DNA of 64,000 bases, taken from assembly GCA_034780895.1 (NCBI GenBank), contig JAUZTB010000002.1, positions 49,306,531 to 49,370,530 on the forward strand. Reading direction: 5' to 3'. The notes under the pieces are model-generated. The model was given only the letters and a program-made list of their open reading frames with translations, did not search any database and had not been told where the DNA came from. The DNA is from Rhynchobatus australiae (lineage: Eukaryota). Position 1 is the first letter of the stretch; every line of letters starts with the position of its first letter. Of this stretch, positions 12,719 to 25,660 are shown piece by piece. Made by a program: the position numbers and the translations under genes.

Positions 12719-15649
12719 CTAAAAGAGGTAGAATAGTACATCAGAATGAAACTAATAAAAATAATCCTATGAAAGTTAAATCATCTGTGGGGAGGGTTTT
12801 AAATTCCCAGTTCTGCAATTTTTTTGTAAACAATATTACCATTCTTGCAATTTTCCCTTGTTAACATAATCCAGCATCACTTGTACCCAAGAGACCTTAA
12901 TTACACAAGTGTTCTCTTTAAACACAGCATTTTTCATAATTTTAAATTAATTAGTTGAATCACTATTATTGATGTTCACCTATCATAACGTTAATGGCTT
13001 AAAATGTTTGTGACAATTCAGGATTAAACAAAAATCCACAATTACACTCCAACTGATTTTTCAATATTCATATTGTACACATCTATTTTCCACTCAACTC
13101 CCAGGAGAAATAATGTATTAATTTAATACATTTAAAATTCTTGTGGGAGCCAAGTAAAGTTTCCTCTCTGAATCAAATCAAAATTGAATTGGCTCAGTTA
13201 CAGTTCAGGCATCTGATAAAACTGATTTCTATAATAAAATTTTCCATTAACTAGTGTAAATCAGACAGCAGAACTGACCCCCATATTCACACTCTTTCCA
13301 TTAACTTATTTGACATATTTACATTATTATTAAAGTGCATGAGGTTATTAAAGCCAAAAATGGATTTATCAGCAAAATAAAAACTTCCTTCCCTCACGTA
13401 AGCAACTTGACTGAAACACTGAATAGTTCAAACAAGCTCTCCAAGACAGTTTCTCCAACTAATGCCTTTTATTATATATGAGAAAGCCAAAAAACATGCC
13501 TGGACATTAAAAGAGAATTGATGCAATTTAAAGAGCCATCACAGCTGCAGAACCTTGCAATTTGGGCTAGGGTAAGGGTACTTGAGAATAGACCCCAATA
13601 AAAACAAGCAGAACAAGTTCAAAAGATTACAGAACTTCAGAAGTGGTCCTATCCTCTTTAAAGATCCCTCAATTTTTCAGTTCGTTTAGCAGATCACATC
13701 TGTATTGTGCTGATAACCTTGATCAAATGCGCATCACAAAATTTGTGTTTCTGGAATATACAAAGCTTAGATCAGCATGATCTGTGTAAATGACAACTTG
13801 GAAAAAATCCAAAATGTCATGTACCAATAAAGTTAATGCACCATTTCTAAGCTTCTGTACCATTGCTTATAAAAGAAAGAAACAAACACAGAAAGGATAA
13901 AAAGACAAATATTCCTCAATTCATTTTAGTCAGTGTTGGTTGACTAATACCATTCATCTCATAACCTACCCCCAGTGAAATTATAACTAGTCCAAAAAGT
14001 GCAAGATGAAAATATGTACAGCTTTTGCAGCAAATTGTATAATAGCAGAATTATTGAAATGGTTAGTATTAAATTAACTTTTCTAGTACAGAAATTCTTC
14101 AGTATTTCCTCCATAGATTTCTACTAATTCAACAATTTGTATTATAACATTGCATTATTTTTATAATTATGCAGCCTGATAAAAAAAATCTCACAACATT
14201 AACACCAATTAGGACATACATCAGGCAAAATAGAGTAATTCACAACACCAGTGTCTTGGTTACCTATAAACTCCCCTCTACTAATGTGGAGGCCAGTATT
14301 ATGAAAGAGCTAAAGGGTGCTTGGTATGCAGCTATGCAGCTCACATTCTATCCAGCTGCAGCTGAGAAGAACAGCTGGTTAATAAATAGCTGCCTGTGAC
14401 AACTGAATAAGAATAAATCATCAAGTATTCAGCAAAGCACAGACGGGAAGTCAAAGATTTTTAGCATTTTAACACGAAGTCAACAACAGCCACTGCAGGG
14501 GAGGAAGCAAAGAAAAACCCAACTTGTGCCAAAAAGTAACAATAGCTTCTATAGATTAAGAACTAGTGCAAGACAGATCATTTTGAACTAGATAGCAAAT
14601 TCTTGTTAACTCCTACAACTCAGGATAGCACATTTTCCAAGTCACATTACAATTAAGCTAGGCCATTTAATTTTGAAATAAATCACAGTTAAATTTCAGT
14701 TATTTGCCAACACTCATTGTTCAAAATTAAAGTTTCTGCAATTTTTGTTTACTTTTTCAAGATTCTATCTAAAAGCAACCATAAATAGGAAAGGGCAAAG
14801 ACAATGCCATTTATTATTGATTTAAAAATTAAACAATCACACAAAGTATGGAAGATCTACAAGCAAAAATACTTTCACAATGTTGATGGGGGGTGTGGGG
14901 GTAAACATCTTTACCCAAGGTGTGGTTCAAATATGGAAGCTGCTTTCATATGCAGTGGTCAAGGAGAATAATTTTCTTTTAAATGCATCAAATCTAAGTG
15001 CATGAGGGAGAATGGAAGTGAAGGTTATAATGACACGGAGAGAAACAAATAGCGTGGGAACCATTGCAAATCTTTCAATAAGTGGATTTCCTGCATTTTG
15101 TTTCCAACATAGTTATTGAAATTCTTGTTGATAAATGGAAAAAGTGAAGGGCTCAACATATTCAAACAATATTTTTCAAGAAATCATTTGAACATTATTG
15201 GATTTTTGACACTTTGTAAGTCCTGTGCTTTCTTTCTGGTCTTCAATGCCAAATGTTTAATTATTAACAAGCGCCTTCAAAATGTAAATACCATTGAATC
15301 CCATGAACTCTTGAGACTGCTAAGTACGAGTTAAAAAACTCTCTCAAGCATCTCTTCATCCACTTGAGAACTGTACATACTGAAAATGTTACAAATACTA
15401 ACCATGGCTTGCAAAATTGGCCATGGAATTTAAACTAACATATCAGAAAGTGTTTAAATATTCACTTCAAAACAACTTCCCATTTTAATGCACTTTTGCA
15501 ATATACTTGGCACTGAAAAGTTCTTGAAACAATTTAGAGTATTAGTTGAAATCTGTTCACTTTATCCAATTGCTACCTCCTACTTACAAAAAGAATCACT
15601 TGGATACAATCACAATCAAAAAGGTTTCAGGGACGTAAAAACAAAAACA

Positions 15650-16200
15650 CCAATCCCACCACCAATCTCATTTTCACCCACTCTTCCAGCATTCCAAGGG
15701 GATGCTTTCCTACATGACACCTTGGACTACTCTTTGAACAGCATCAACATTTTCCCACTGCGTCTCATACAAGCACAAGAAATGCAACTCATTCCTTATT
15801 GCCTTCTCTTTTCTACTGTCCAAGATATCCAATGATCCATTCAAGTGAAATAAGAATTATTTGCAATTCTTTCAAGTTGGTATATTTTATTTATTGCTCA
15901 AGATACTGTCACCTCTACACTGACTAGACCAAATGCATATTGAATGACTACTTATATGAATACATCTATTGTTTGCAACTATGACACCAAGTTTTGCCCA
16001 ACTATCACCCAAGTTCTCTTCTCACATCCATGCTTACCTCTGTTGTACTGCCCCCATTTAAATAGAGGATGGTGGAAGTTTTCAGTATTAACCTGAAATG
16101 TTAATAGCTTTACTTTCCATAGGTGCAGCCTGATTCACTGGACATCTTCAGTGTTCAGTCTCAATTTAATTACCAGCATTCAAGGTATTCTGGTTTTGTA
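15650..16200 (+). mobile_element. Penelope-like 3' fragment (GIY-YIG region plus terminal repeat)
   Basis: Colinear with 2660-3060, followed by a terminal repeat (cctgaaatgttaa...ttccataggtgcagcctga). Confidence 0.6.
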
Positions 16201-16601
16201 TAAAATATTCCCAATCTAGTTATGCTGAGAGTGAAAAAATGAAAAATTCATCTCCTTTGCATACAGTGACAACTATTCCATAAACAATGCAGAACCTGGC
16301 ATTGAAGTATTTAGTTACTTCAGATTGTTATCAAAATTTCTCTAAAGCAACTGGAGTTGGCTCTGTACCTGAACAGCAGCTACTTGGTGTTTAAAAAATA
16401 ATTCTTCGTGTCCCATTCATATAGATAAGATGTGTTTCTAATTAATAGCAACAACACCTTGTTCCATAGAATGAGTAATGAATTTAAACTAAAGTTTGTT
16501 CCTTATCAGTGACTGAAATAGATTTTTATTCTATTTAAAAAATCTTCCCATTTTAATTAACTTTATCTAGAAGCTATGAACCGTTTTAATCCATAACTTA
16601 C

Positions 16602-16706
16602 CTTTTCACCTGCGGCATCCCGAAAAGTGAGACCAAAATAATCCTTTTCTAACAAGTTGATTTGTTCACACACCCTGTCCAACATTATTTGCCCCTTGGC
16701 ACGTTT
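16602..16706 (-). CDS. EPB41L2: EPB41L2 coding exon 3 ([35 protein letters not shown])
   Basis: Acceptor tttttgtttttcAG and donor AAG|GTAAGT. 105 nt. Contains the FERM-N hallmark LLEKDYFGL. Too short to appear in the ORF track. Confidence 0.96.
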
Positions 16707-16974
16707 CTGAAAAACAAAAAGGTACATTTATAACTTTACCTGTGCGCAAAATAAATAATACAAAATAACATCTTGTCTCAATTTAAAATGAGGCACATTT
16801 ACATTATTAGCAAAACACCAGTGGGGAATACACAATCAAGCCACAGAAAGTAATATATTTTGTTAAAAATGATACATAGCTAGCATCTTAGTTCTGACAC
16901 AGTTTTTAACCAAAACGTAAATTCAGTTTTTTTTTCCCCATAGGGAATGCTGGAAGTTTCAGCATCAACCTGAA

Positions 16975-18342
16975 ATAAATAGCCTGATTAGGGACAGTCA
17001 GCATGGCAGGTCACATCTTACAAACTCGACTGAGTTTTTTTTTGTGGAGATGAAGGTGATTGATGAGACGAGGACAGTGGATGTTATCTACATGGACTAT
17101 AGTAAGGGATTTGATAAAGTTCCTCACGGTAAGCTGCTGCAAAAAATTAAGATCCATAATGACTTGGTAGTTTGGATTCAGAAATGGCTGGCCCATTGAA
17201 GACAAAGGGTAGTGGTGAAAGGGTGTTATTCCAGTTGGAGGTCCATGACCAGTGGTGTTCTGCAGGGATTGGTGCTGGGACCTCCGTGATACATACAAAA
17301 TGACTTAGATGAAGATCTAGTTNNNNNNNNNNNNNNNNNNNNNNNNNNNNNNNNNNNNNNNNNNNNNNNNNNNNNNNNNNNNNNNNNNNNNNNNNNNNNN
17401 NNNNNNNNNNNNNNNNNNNNNNATCTAGTTGGGTGGTTTGGTAAATTCGCAGATTACACAAAGATTGGTGGAGTTGTGAACAGTGAAGAAGATTGTCAAA
17501 GGATACAGATCAGTTGCAGATATGGGTGGAGAAAAGGGAGAGGAAATTTCATCTGGGCAAGTGTGAGATGTTGCACTTTGGGAGGCCAAATGTAAGGGGA
17601 AGTACACTGTTTATGGAAGGACTCTTAACAGCATTGATGTACAGAGGTACCTTAGGTCCAAGTCCATAGCTCCCTGAAAGTGGCCACACATATAGATAGG
17701 GTGGTAAAGAAGGCATGTCGCATGTTTGCCATCATTGGTTGAGGCATTGAGTACAAGAACAAGAAAGTCACATTGCAGCTATATAAAACTTTGGTTAGGT
17801 TGCACTTGAAGTAATGTGCGCAGTTCTGTTTGCCCCTTTATAGAAAGGATGTGGAGGCTTGGAAAGGGAACAGAACAGGTTTAACCAGGATGTTGCCTGG
17901 ATCAGAGGGTATGAGCTATAAAGAGAGGTTGGACAAACTTGGATTGTTTTCTCTAGACTGTCGGGGGCTGAGAACAGACATGATAGAAATTTAGAAAATT
18001 ATAAGAGGCATAGATAGGGTAGACAGTCAGAATCTTTATCGCAGGGTAGAAATGTCAAATACTAGAGGACTGGCACTTAAGATCAAAGGGGGAAAACTTT
18101 AAAGGAGATGTATGGAGCAAGTATCACAGAATGATAGGTGCCTGGAACGGGCTGCCAGGAGCAGTGGTGGAAGCAGANNNNNNNNNNTACAATAGTGTCG
18201 TTTAAAGGGCTTTTAAGATAGACACATGGATATGCAGGGAACGGAGGGATATGGATCATGTGCAGGCAGAAGAGTAATGTGTTTGGCACAAAAATCATGG
18301 GCCAAAAGGCCTGTTCCTGTGCTGTACTGTTTTAAGTTCTAA
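16975..18342 (+). mobile_element. 5'-truncated CR1-clade LINE (two N gaps)
   Basis: Decayed YMDYSKGFDKVPH, SGV.QG.VLGP and KFADYTKI motifs. Tail gggccaaaaggcctgttcctgtgctgtactg. Confidence 0.88.
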
Positions 18343-20929
18343 CAGTGCAACAGAGGTGCATATTCCTGATGCAAGAGGAATTGGCAAGTTTAAATAAAAT
18401 TCCCATTTTTGAAATGAGTACAAGAAAAACAAAAGGACAAAGTCAAGAATAAACAGTGTGCACTACAAGTAATTTTAAAATCGCGTTTGAGTTTATATTT
18501 TCAGTTAAAATACAACCAAGATCAGAGTAATAACTTTAAAAGCACAACTGTCCCAACAAGATTTATTAAGCAAAATCTTCAGGCAGAAGCACACAAGGTA
18601 TTGGGAAAAATGATCAAAACCTTGGTTGAAGTGGTAGGTTCCAAGAAATGTATCAAAAGGTGAAAGATGGAGTTTTAGCAAGATAATTCCAGTGCTTAGT
18701 GCCTTGACAACACTAGAACTCCCTTCCTAAGCCTCTCCACTCTAGTCTTTAAGCAGTCCTACTTTAATTAGTTCCTATTTTACTCTTATCAACTTGGTAT
18801 CAAAATTCCCTTGAAGTACCTTGTAACATTTTACTTTAATGTGGCAAATAACTGCAGGTTGATGAGAACATTTACAAACTCATTTTCTGTCCCACTCGCA
18901 TAAATATCTATCATTTCAAACATACCCCAAGCAGCACATTTGCCCCAAGGATTACTGTTCATTCATTCTATCTACCTATATTCCATTACTAACACTTTGC
19001 GATCATCTTAAAGGACTTATAATTAATGCAAAAATTTACTTCCTGTATTCTCTCCTTAAATTCAATAGACATCTTTAAATTTAGAAGGGACATGAAGCAC
19101 TTTGGCCTACTTTTGAAATTCTAAAAGATCTGTAAATACATCTTCAATACACAAAAGACCAAATTCAGCCTAATTATTCACCACCATAAGCAACTACTCC
19201 AGATTATGAGACGTATCCTTGTGTTCAAACTTAAAATTAATGCATTGCCTTTGTTCAAGCACACATCGGTATGTTAACTCAAATTCATTTATGTCCTTTA
19301 ATCACACAGATTTAATTTCACAGATTTACTATGCTTTCTGGCTATGTTTAATTCCAAAAATCTATTATCAGAACCTATTATAAGCAAAGGACTGCACAAT
19401 TAACCACACCATACACTATTCTGCTAAAGAATACATGCTTTGTACAAGCTGCCCTTTACAATCTTATTAAGTGAAACCAAAGCAGTCATGATACAATTTG
19501 TTCACATTTCCAACTACAAAGTGCATCTGTTGGAATATTTTCAAATCCTAGCGTCCAGTTGGAAGGAAAAAGTTTGAAAGCTGCAGAAAATATATTCCAC
19601 TGCTTTAGATGTCATATACCATGGCTGTTTGGAGATCCCAAGCCTTAAATAAAAGATAATAAAATATTAAATGAAAACTTGGTGGATAAGCTTAACTATG
19701 TAGAAATATTTAATTTTTAGGAACATTTTGTACATAAAATGTTATTCTGTGGCAGAGAAAATGTGTACTTCTCACCAGAGAAATGATGAGGCTCAAAGAA
19801 TCAGTGCGAGTATTCTTTCCGTCAAAACATGAAGCTTTCTAGGGCACTAACAACTAAAAGTTAGAGCATCATTCAATCCACATAACAGGTCAAAAATATA
19901 TCAAATTCCCCAAACGGAAGTGAAGTCAACACTCAACCCGACTCAGTAATCTGCTTTGAGCTTTTCATGTATAAAGCTGATGAGTAAGAACCCAAAGATG
20001 AACATCTGAACTCCTCTAACACAAAACCAATTTTGGAATCCAGGACTGTCTCCCTCNNNNNNNNNNNNNNNNNNNNNNNNNNNNNNNNNNNNNNNNNNNN
20101 NNNNNTTTCTGCTCAGATTATGGTCCAAGTCTTAATATCTTGAATTCCCTTCCCACTCTCACCAGTTTTAAAATCTGTCTGATTGGGCTATCTGGAATCT
20201 GAGTGGTGCAGTACACAATTTGTTGCCAAATGGCTGTGGCAACCAACAAGCTAAATGGAGTTAATTCCATCAACACCTTTACATTGGCTGAAAGCTGGTT
20301 CAAGACCATCAAATCTCACCTCAACAAACCAGACCGGCCAGCTGCATTATTCCAAATCATTTTCTCACTCAAACTCCACATTGTCGTCCTCAAAAGGAAA
20401 GCTTAAAGTAGTACCTACATTATAAAATATTGCAGGTGGATTTCCAAATAAAATCTTCTTTGGCCAACCTATGCAATTGTCTCATCAGATATCTGATCTT
20501 TCTTCCAGCATCTCTCCATTTTCCTCAACAAAGGCTTTAACATCTCGTCCGAGTCAAAGACCAATCTTGAATGACCTTCAGTGATTTCAAGCGGTACCTG
20601 AATTTCATGTTACTGACCTACAAGTCTGACTGATCACCTGCCTCACCCTACACATTAATAATTATGCCCTCGACTTAGGTTTTTGCAAGACTGACAGCCG
20701 TGCACCACTTCTACCTACTTTCCGCCTGCTTGGCAACTCACATAGACTATACTGAAGGAAATCATAAAGACGGCACTGTTAAAGTACCAACCAAAATATG
20801 GCCGATTTTGCTCTACCAGCTCCACAAGCCTTTCTTCACATTTCTTCATAGTTTTTGCCTGCTTTTCCAGTGGAAAAGAGAAACACTTTTCAACTTGATA
20901 CTTATACGAATATGGCAAGCAACAATACC

Positions 20930-21160
20930 AAAATGCAAAAAAAGACAGCAGAGCTGCAAATGCTGGAAACCTGTAATAAGAGAAAACAGGGTCAACACTT
21001 TGGATGAGCAGCATTTGCAGAGAGAAAAAAAATTTCAGGTAATTGAGTTTTCATCCAAAATTGATGACAGGTTGACATTGGAAACATTACTTCTGTTCTA
21101 CTTTCCAGAGATGCTGGCTGACCTGGTGAATACAGCATTTTCTGCTTTTATTGCAAATAG
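20930..21160. mobile_element. Palindromic Penelope-terminus element (head-to-head terminal repeats), degenerate
   Basis: Left arm ctgcaaatgctggaaacctg...gcagcatttgcagagag...tttcagg, right arm tgatgacagg...gaaacatt...cagagatgctggctgacctggtga. Same layout as 54760-54980. Confidence 0.6.
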
Positions 21161-22119
21161 CAAAGTTAATCAGACTGAAAAATCCTTGCTGTGATGAAGT
21201 GCCAGAACAAGGTAATACAGTTACGATAGTTAAATCTCTGCTGAACTGAGAGAGAAGGGGGATCAAGAGATTAAAAGGCAAAAAAAAATATTTACTTACC
21301 AATTTTAAAACTTTTACTTCATTGTTTAAGGTTAATTGTTTTCAAAATTGGAGATAATTAAATTTCCTCTGGGAAAATTAAGACTAATGATATCACTAAA
21401 AGCTCCACAGACAATGATCAAGACTTTTTTTCCTGGTATGTTCAATGAGATTTTTAAACCACACATGTTGAGCAACTTTAGTCCCTTCTGTGCTTTTCAA
21501 AGCAGTGTCCCTATTGACAGATATTAAAANNNNNNNNNNNNNNNNNNNNNNNNNNNNNNNNNNNNNNNNNNNNNNNNNNNNNNNNNNNNNNNNNNNNNNN
21601 NNNNNNNNNNNNNNNNNNNNNNNNNNNNNAGAGAAAACAACAAATTTATACAATTACCAGATACACACACATTTACAATAAGTTTTCCAGACAAGCATGG
21701 TATCTTAAAAGCAAAATTACAGGCAAGAAACCCACATAGCCATGTCTGGCTACCCAACCCAAACTGGTAAGCAAACTATACATGCTGAGTCATTTTTGAA
21801 ACAATTATTTCTCCAGCCTTGGTTACCTGTATGAATAATTGTGCTAATAATTCGCAGGACTTCATAAGTAAATGCACATTAAAATGGTTGAATTATACAA
21901 ATAATTTTTTTATAAATTAAGGAACACTTTTTCCTTATGCCCCCAAAATTTCTTTTAATAAAGCCCTCCCAGAAGTATGCAGGGAGAGTAGTCTCTGTGT
22001 TCACGGTCATTTATTCTTCATATTAATACAGCAAGATACACTTTTGGATTGAGTCTGACACCACAGACAGAAAATTCAATGGGGACACGTTTGGCGGTGG
22101 AAAATCTTTGTCAGTGTAG

Positions 22120-22470
22120 AGAAAACAAAAGTCTTCTGTTTGAAAATATTTCCGTGCTGGGTTTTTGTTTGTAATAGTAAAAAATTTAATTGGATTTGTT
22201 CAGTGTAAAACTTGCAAACTTCTAGTGAAGCTTGACAGCAAAAAGACAGGTAATTTGCTTTTGCAACAGTACACTGTTAAAGAATGTACGTGCANNNNNN
22301 NNNNTATAAAGACCAATCAATATGACATAACATTTATATGGACAAAAGAAATTACACCTGCCCAAAAGAAACCAAATTACAGGCAAATACAAGTCTCTCT
22401 TGCAAGGATATTCAAACCATCTCAAAAGAAAAATTTCTCAAGCTAGCACAATGAGGCTACCATTGATAAA
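22120..22470 (+). pseudogene. hAT-superfamily transposase relic (BED zinc finger plus Hermes-type dimerisation/DNA-binding segment)
   Basis: One frame reads KSSV*KYF...GFVQCKTCKLLVKLDSKKTG (W changed to TGA at 22141). Downstream are frameshifted CKDI and FLKLAQ segments. Confidence 0.6.
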
Positions 22471-22634
22471 AGTATCAGCAAGTAGCACAGTACTGAATCA
22501 AAGTACAATTTCACAGTAATGTCACAATACAGCAAAGGCAGGACAAGAACAGATTTCTCCAATTAATGATATACTGACTGTTGTGAGCATCTATACAATC
22601 GTAACACAAGGGAAGACTATTGAAAAACCCATTA

Positions 22635-23074
22635 GAGTAAAACTCCTTTAATGTACCATGCCATTGTTCAGAAATCCTGATGGTCTGGTATCTGGTTCAT
22701 TCATTAGTCCAGAATGTGAGCCAAAGGTCCAGAGTGCAAGTGAGCTGTGCAGCCAGAAACAAGGGTCCAGAGTGTGACCAGGGCCAAGGTCTGGACATGG
22801 GCTGAGTATGCAGCCAGAAACAGGCTAGGGTCCTGAACACCAGCGGTAAGGGGTAGATTTGTAGCCAGACCCAGGGTCCAGACTGCTTGCATATTTCCCA
22901 CTCCATTTGAATTCACTGGGCTCACTGGACAAGTTATTGTACTATTGCGTAACATATAAAAACAAAGAAATAAAAGTGTCTTTGGGTATTAATATGAGTA
23001 ATATCTGGAAGTCTAGAAAATCTGCTAGTCCGGGCATCATAATTAAGGGTGCTGATCTGATCAGAGTTTTACTG
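22635..23074. mobile_element. Tc1/mariner (pogo/Tigger-like) MITE
   Basis: TIRs (g)AGTAAAACTC at 22635-22645 and GAGTTTTACTG at 23064-23074, with TA on both flanks. No ORF. Confidence 0.65.
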
Positions 23075-23469
23075 TATATTATTTTCATTTGCCATTGCAT
23101 CACACAAAGTTTAAAATTCAATGCTAAAGTTTTAACGACAGAAATATGTCCCCTAAACAGAAGAAAACCAGAGAGAGCATTGGATGTGAGATTTTACAGT
23201 TGCAACTGGGTAGCAGATTAGGTGTTTTGATAATACTTGTGCTTTGACTATATCATTGCCTAAATTATCAAGGCTATGTACAGTCTGACCCTTGGTTCTG
23301 ACATGCATGTAATCCTAAAGAAAGTTTCCTCTGAAGCACTAGTGATTCTGAGGCTCATTAAAAAAAATGCAGAATCCTTAGTCAAGTACAGGAACCAGTC
23401 TGCCCTTGCAGCACAGTCACCTAAAGGTGTAAATCACACGAGAGAAACAAGCTATAGCAGTCTGCATCT

Positions 23470-23572
23470 GAAATAAACAGTGCTGGAAACATTAGGCAGG
23501 TCAGGCAACATCTGTGGGAAGAGAAACTAAGTTAAATGTTTCAGGTTGAAGACCCTTCATCAGAACTCTGTG
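23470..23572 (-). mobile_element. Penelope terminal-repeat fragment with minimal hammerhead-like core
   Basis: Minus strand reads gagtt CTGATGA agggtcttcaacct GAAA cattt aactt, followed by the family tail ttctcttcccacagatgttgcctgacctg. Confidence 0.65.
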
Positions 23573-23591
23573 CCTGACACTGAATTCATTT

Positions 23592-25660
23592 ACATAGAAC
23601 ATAACAGCACAGTACAGGCCCTTCGGTCCACGATGTCGTGCCGACATTTTATCCTGCTCTAATAGCTATCTAACCCTTCCCTCCCACATAACCTTCCATT
23701 TCTTAAATAGCCACATGAATGATAGAGCCTCTTGAATGTCCCTAATGTATCTGCCCCCACAACCTCTTCAGGCAGTGCATTCCACACACCCACTCTCTGT
23801 AAAATACTTACCCTTGACATCCCCCTTATACCTCCCTCCAATCACCTTAAAATCATGTCCCCTAGCCATTTTCGCACTGGGTAAAAGTCTGACTGTCCAC
23901 TCAATCTATGCCTATCATCATCTTGCATACCTCTATCAAGTCACCTCTCATCATTCTCCTCTCCAAAGAGAAAAGCCTCAGCTCATTCAACCTATCCTCA
24001 TAAGACATGTTCTCCAATACAGGCAGCATCCTGGTAAATCTCCTCTGTACCATCTCTGAAGCATCCATATCCTTCCTATAATGAGGTGACCAGAAGTGAA
24101 CACAATATTTCAACTGCTGTCTAACAAGAGGTTCTATAGGGCTGCAACATTACCTCACAGCTCTTGAACTCAATATCCTGACTGATGAAGGCCAATGCAG
24201 CATACACGCCTTCTCAACAACTCCATCGACCTGTGCAGCAACATTGAGGGATCTATGGACGTGGACCCCAAGATCCCTATTCCTCCACTAAGAGTCCTGC
24301 CATTAACCTTGCATTCTGCCTTCAGATTCCATCTCCTGAAGTGTATCACTTCACTCATCCAGGTTGAACTCCATCCACCATATCTCAGCCCAGCTCTGCA
24401 TCCTATCAATGTCCTGTTGTACAGCAACCTTCTACACCATATACAACACCACCAAATCTTCATGTCATCAGCAAACTTACTAATCCACCCTCCCACATCC
24501 TCATCCAAGTCATTTATAAAAATCACAAAGAGTAGGGGTCCCAGAACAGTTCCCTCTGGAACACCACTGGTCATCAACCTCCAGGCAGAATGCATTCCAT
24601 ATACCACCACCTTCTGCCTTCTATGGGCGAGCCAATTCTGAATCCACACAGCCAAGTTTTCCTGGACCCCATGCTTCCTGACTTTCTGAATAAGCCTTCC
24701 ATGAGGAACCTTATCAAACATCTTACTAAAATCCATGTCCACCGCATCCATTGCTCTATTTTCAATGTGCTTTGTCACATCCTCAAAGCCATGCCCTCAC
24801 AAAGCCATGCTGACTGTCCCTAATCAGCCTATGCTTCTCCAAATGCCCATAAATCTTGTCTCTTAAGAATCTTCTCCAGTAATTTGCCCACCACCGAAGA
24901 AAGACTCACTGGTCTGTAATTCCCAGGGTTATCCCTACTCCCTTTCTTAAGCAAAGGAATAAGATTTGCCATCTTCCAATCATCTGGCACTACTCCTGTG
25001 GCCAGGGAGGACGCAAAGATAGTTGCTGAAGGCACAGCAATCTCTTCCCTCACTTTCCTTAATAACATTGGATATATCCCATCCAGCCCTGGTGACTTAT
25101 CTATCCTAATGTTTTCCAAAAGTTCCAGCACATCCTCTTTCCTCATGTTGACATGCCCTGGTGTATCAGCCTGTCGTATGACATCCTCACAAATGTCAAG
25201 GTCTGTCTCCCTGGTGAATACTGAAGCAAAGTATTCTTTAAAGACCTCCCCTACCTCTTCTAACTCCAGGCACGTTTCCTCTTTTATCTCTGATCAGTCC
25301 TACCCTCACTCTAGGCATCCTCCTATTCTTCACATATGTGTAAACCACCTTGGGGTTTTCCTTGATCCTACTCAACAAGGCCTTCTCATGCCCCCTTCTA
25401 GCTCTCCTAAGTCCATTCTTAAGCTCCCTCCTGGCTACCTTGTAACTCTCCANNNNNNNNNNNNNNNNNNNNNNNNNNNNNNNNNNNNNNNNNNNNNNNN
25501 NNNNNNNNNNNNNNNNNNNNNNNNNNNNNNNNNNNNNNNNNNNNNNNNNNNNCATACGTCTAGGACACCTTGGGATTTTCCATAATCCTACTCAAGGTTT
25601 TCTCATGCCCCCTTCTAGCTCTCAGAAGTTCATTCTTAAGCTCCCTCCTGGCTACCTTCT
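23592..25660 (-). mobile_element. CR1-clade LINE, about 2 kb, pseudogenised ORF2
   Basis: ORFs 24829..25146 (KSPGLDGIYP...NYRPVSL), 24170..24778 (DFSKMFDKVPH, SGVPEGTVLGP, KFADD) and 23901..24113. The 3' tail lies at 23592-23650. Confidence 0.93.

Noticed and set aside
20700-21194. 164-aa ORF
   Set aside because: No recognisable domain. It runs through a palindromic repeat and is probably a chance ORF.
24170-24778. 202-aa ORF with RT motifs as a functional or domesticated reverse transcriptase
   Set aside because: It drifts out of frame after FADD and is surrounded by frameshifted fragments of the same CR1 ORF2, so it is an ordinary dead LINE.
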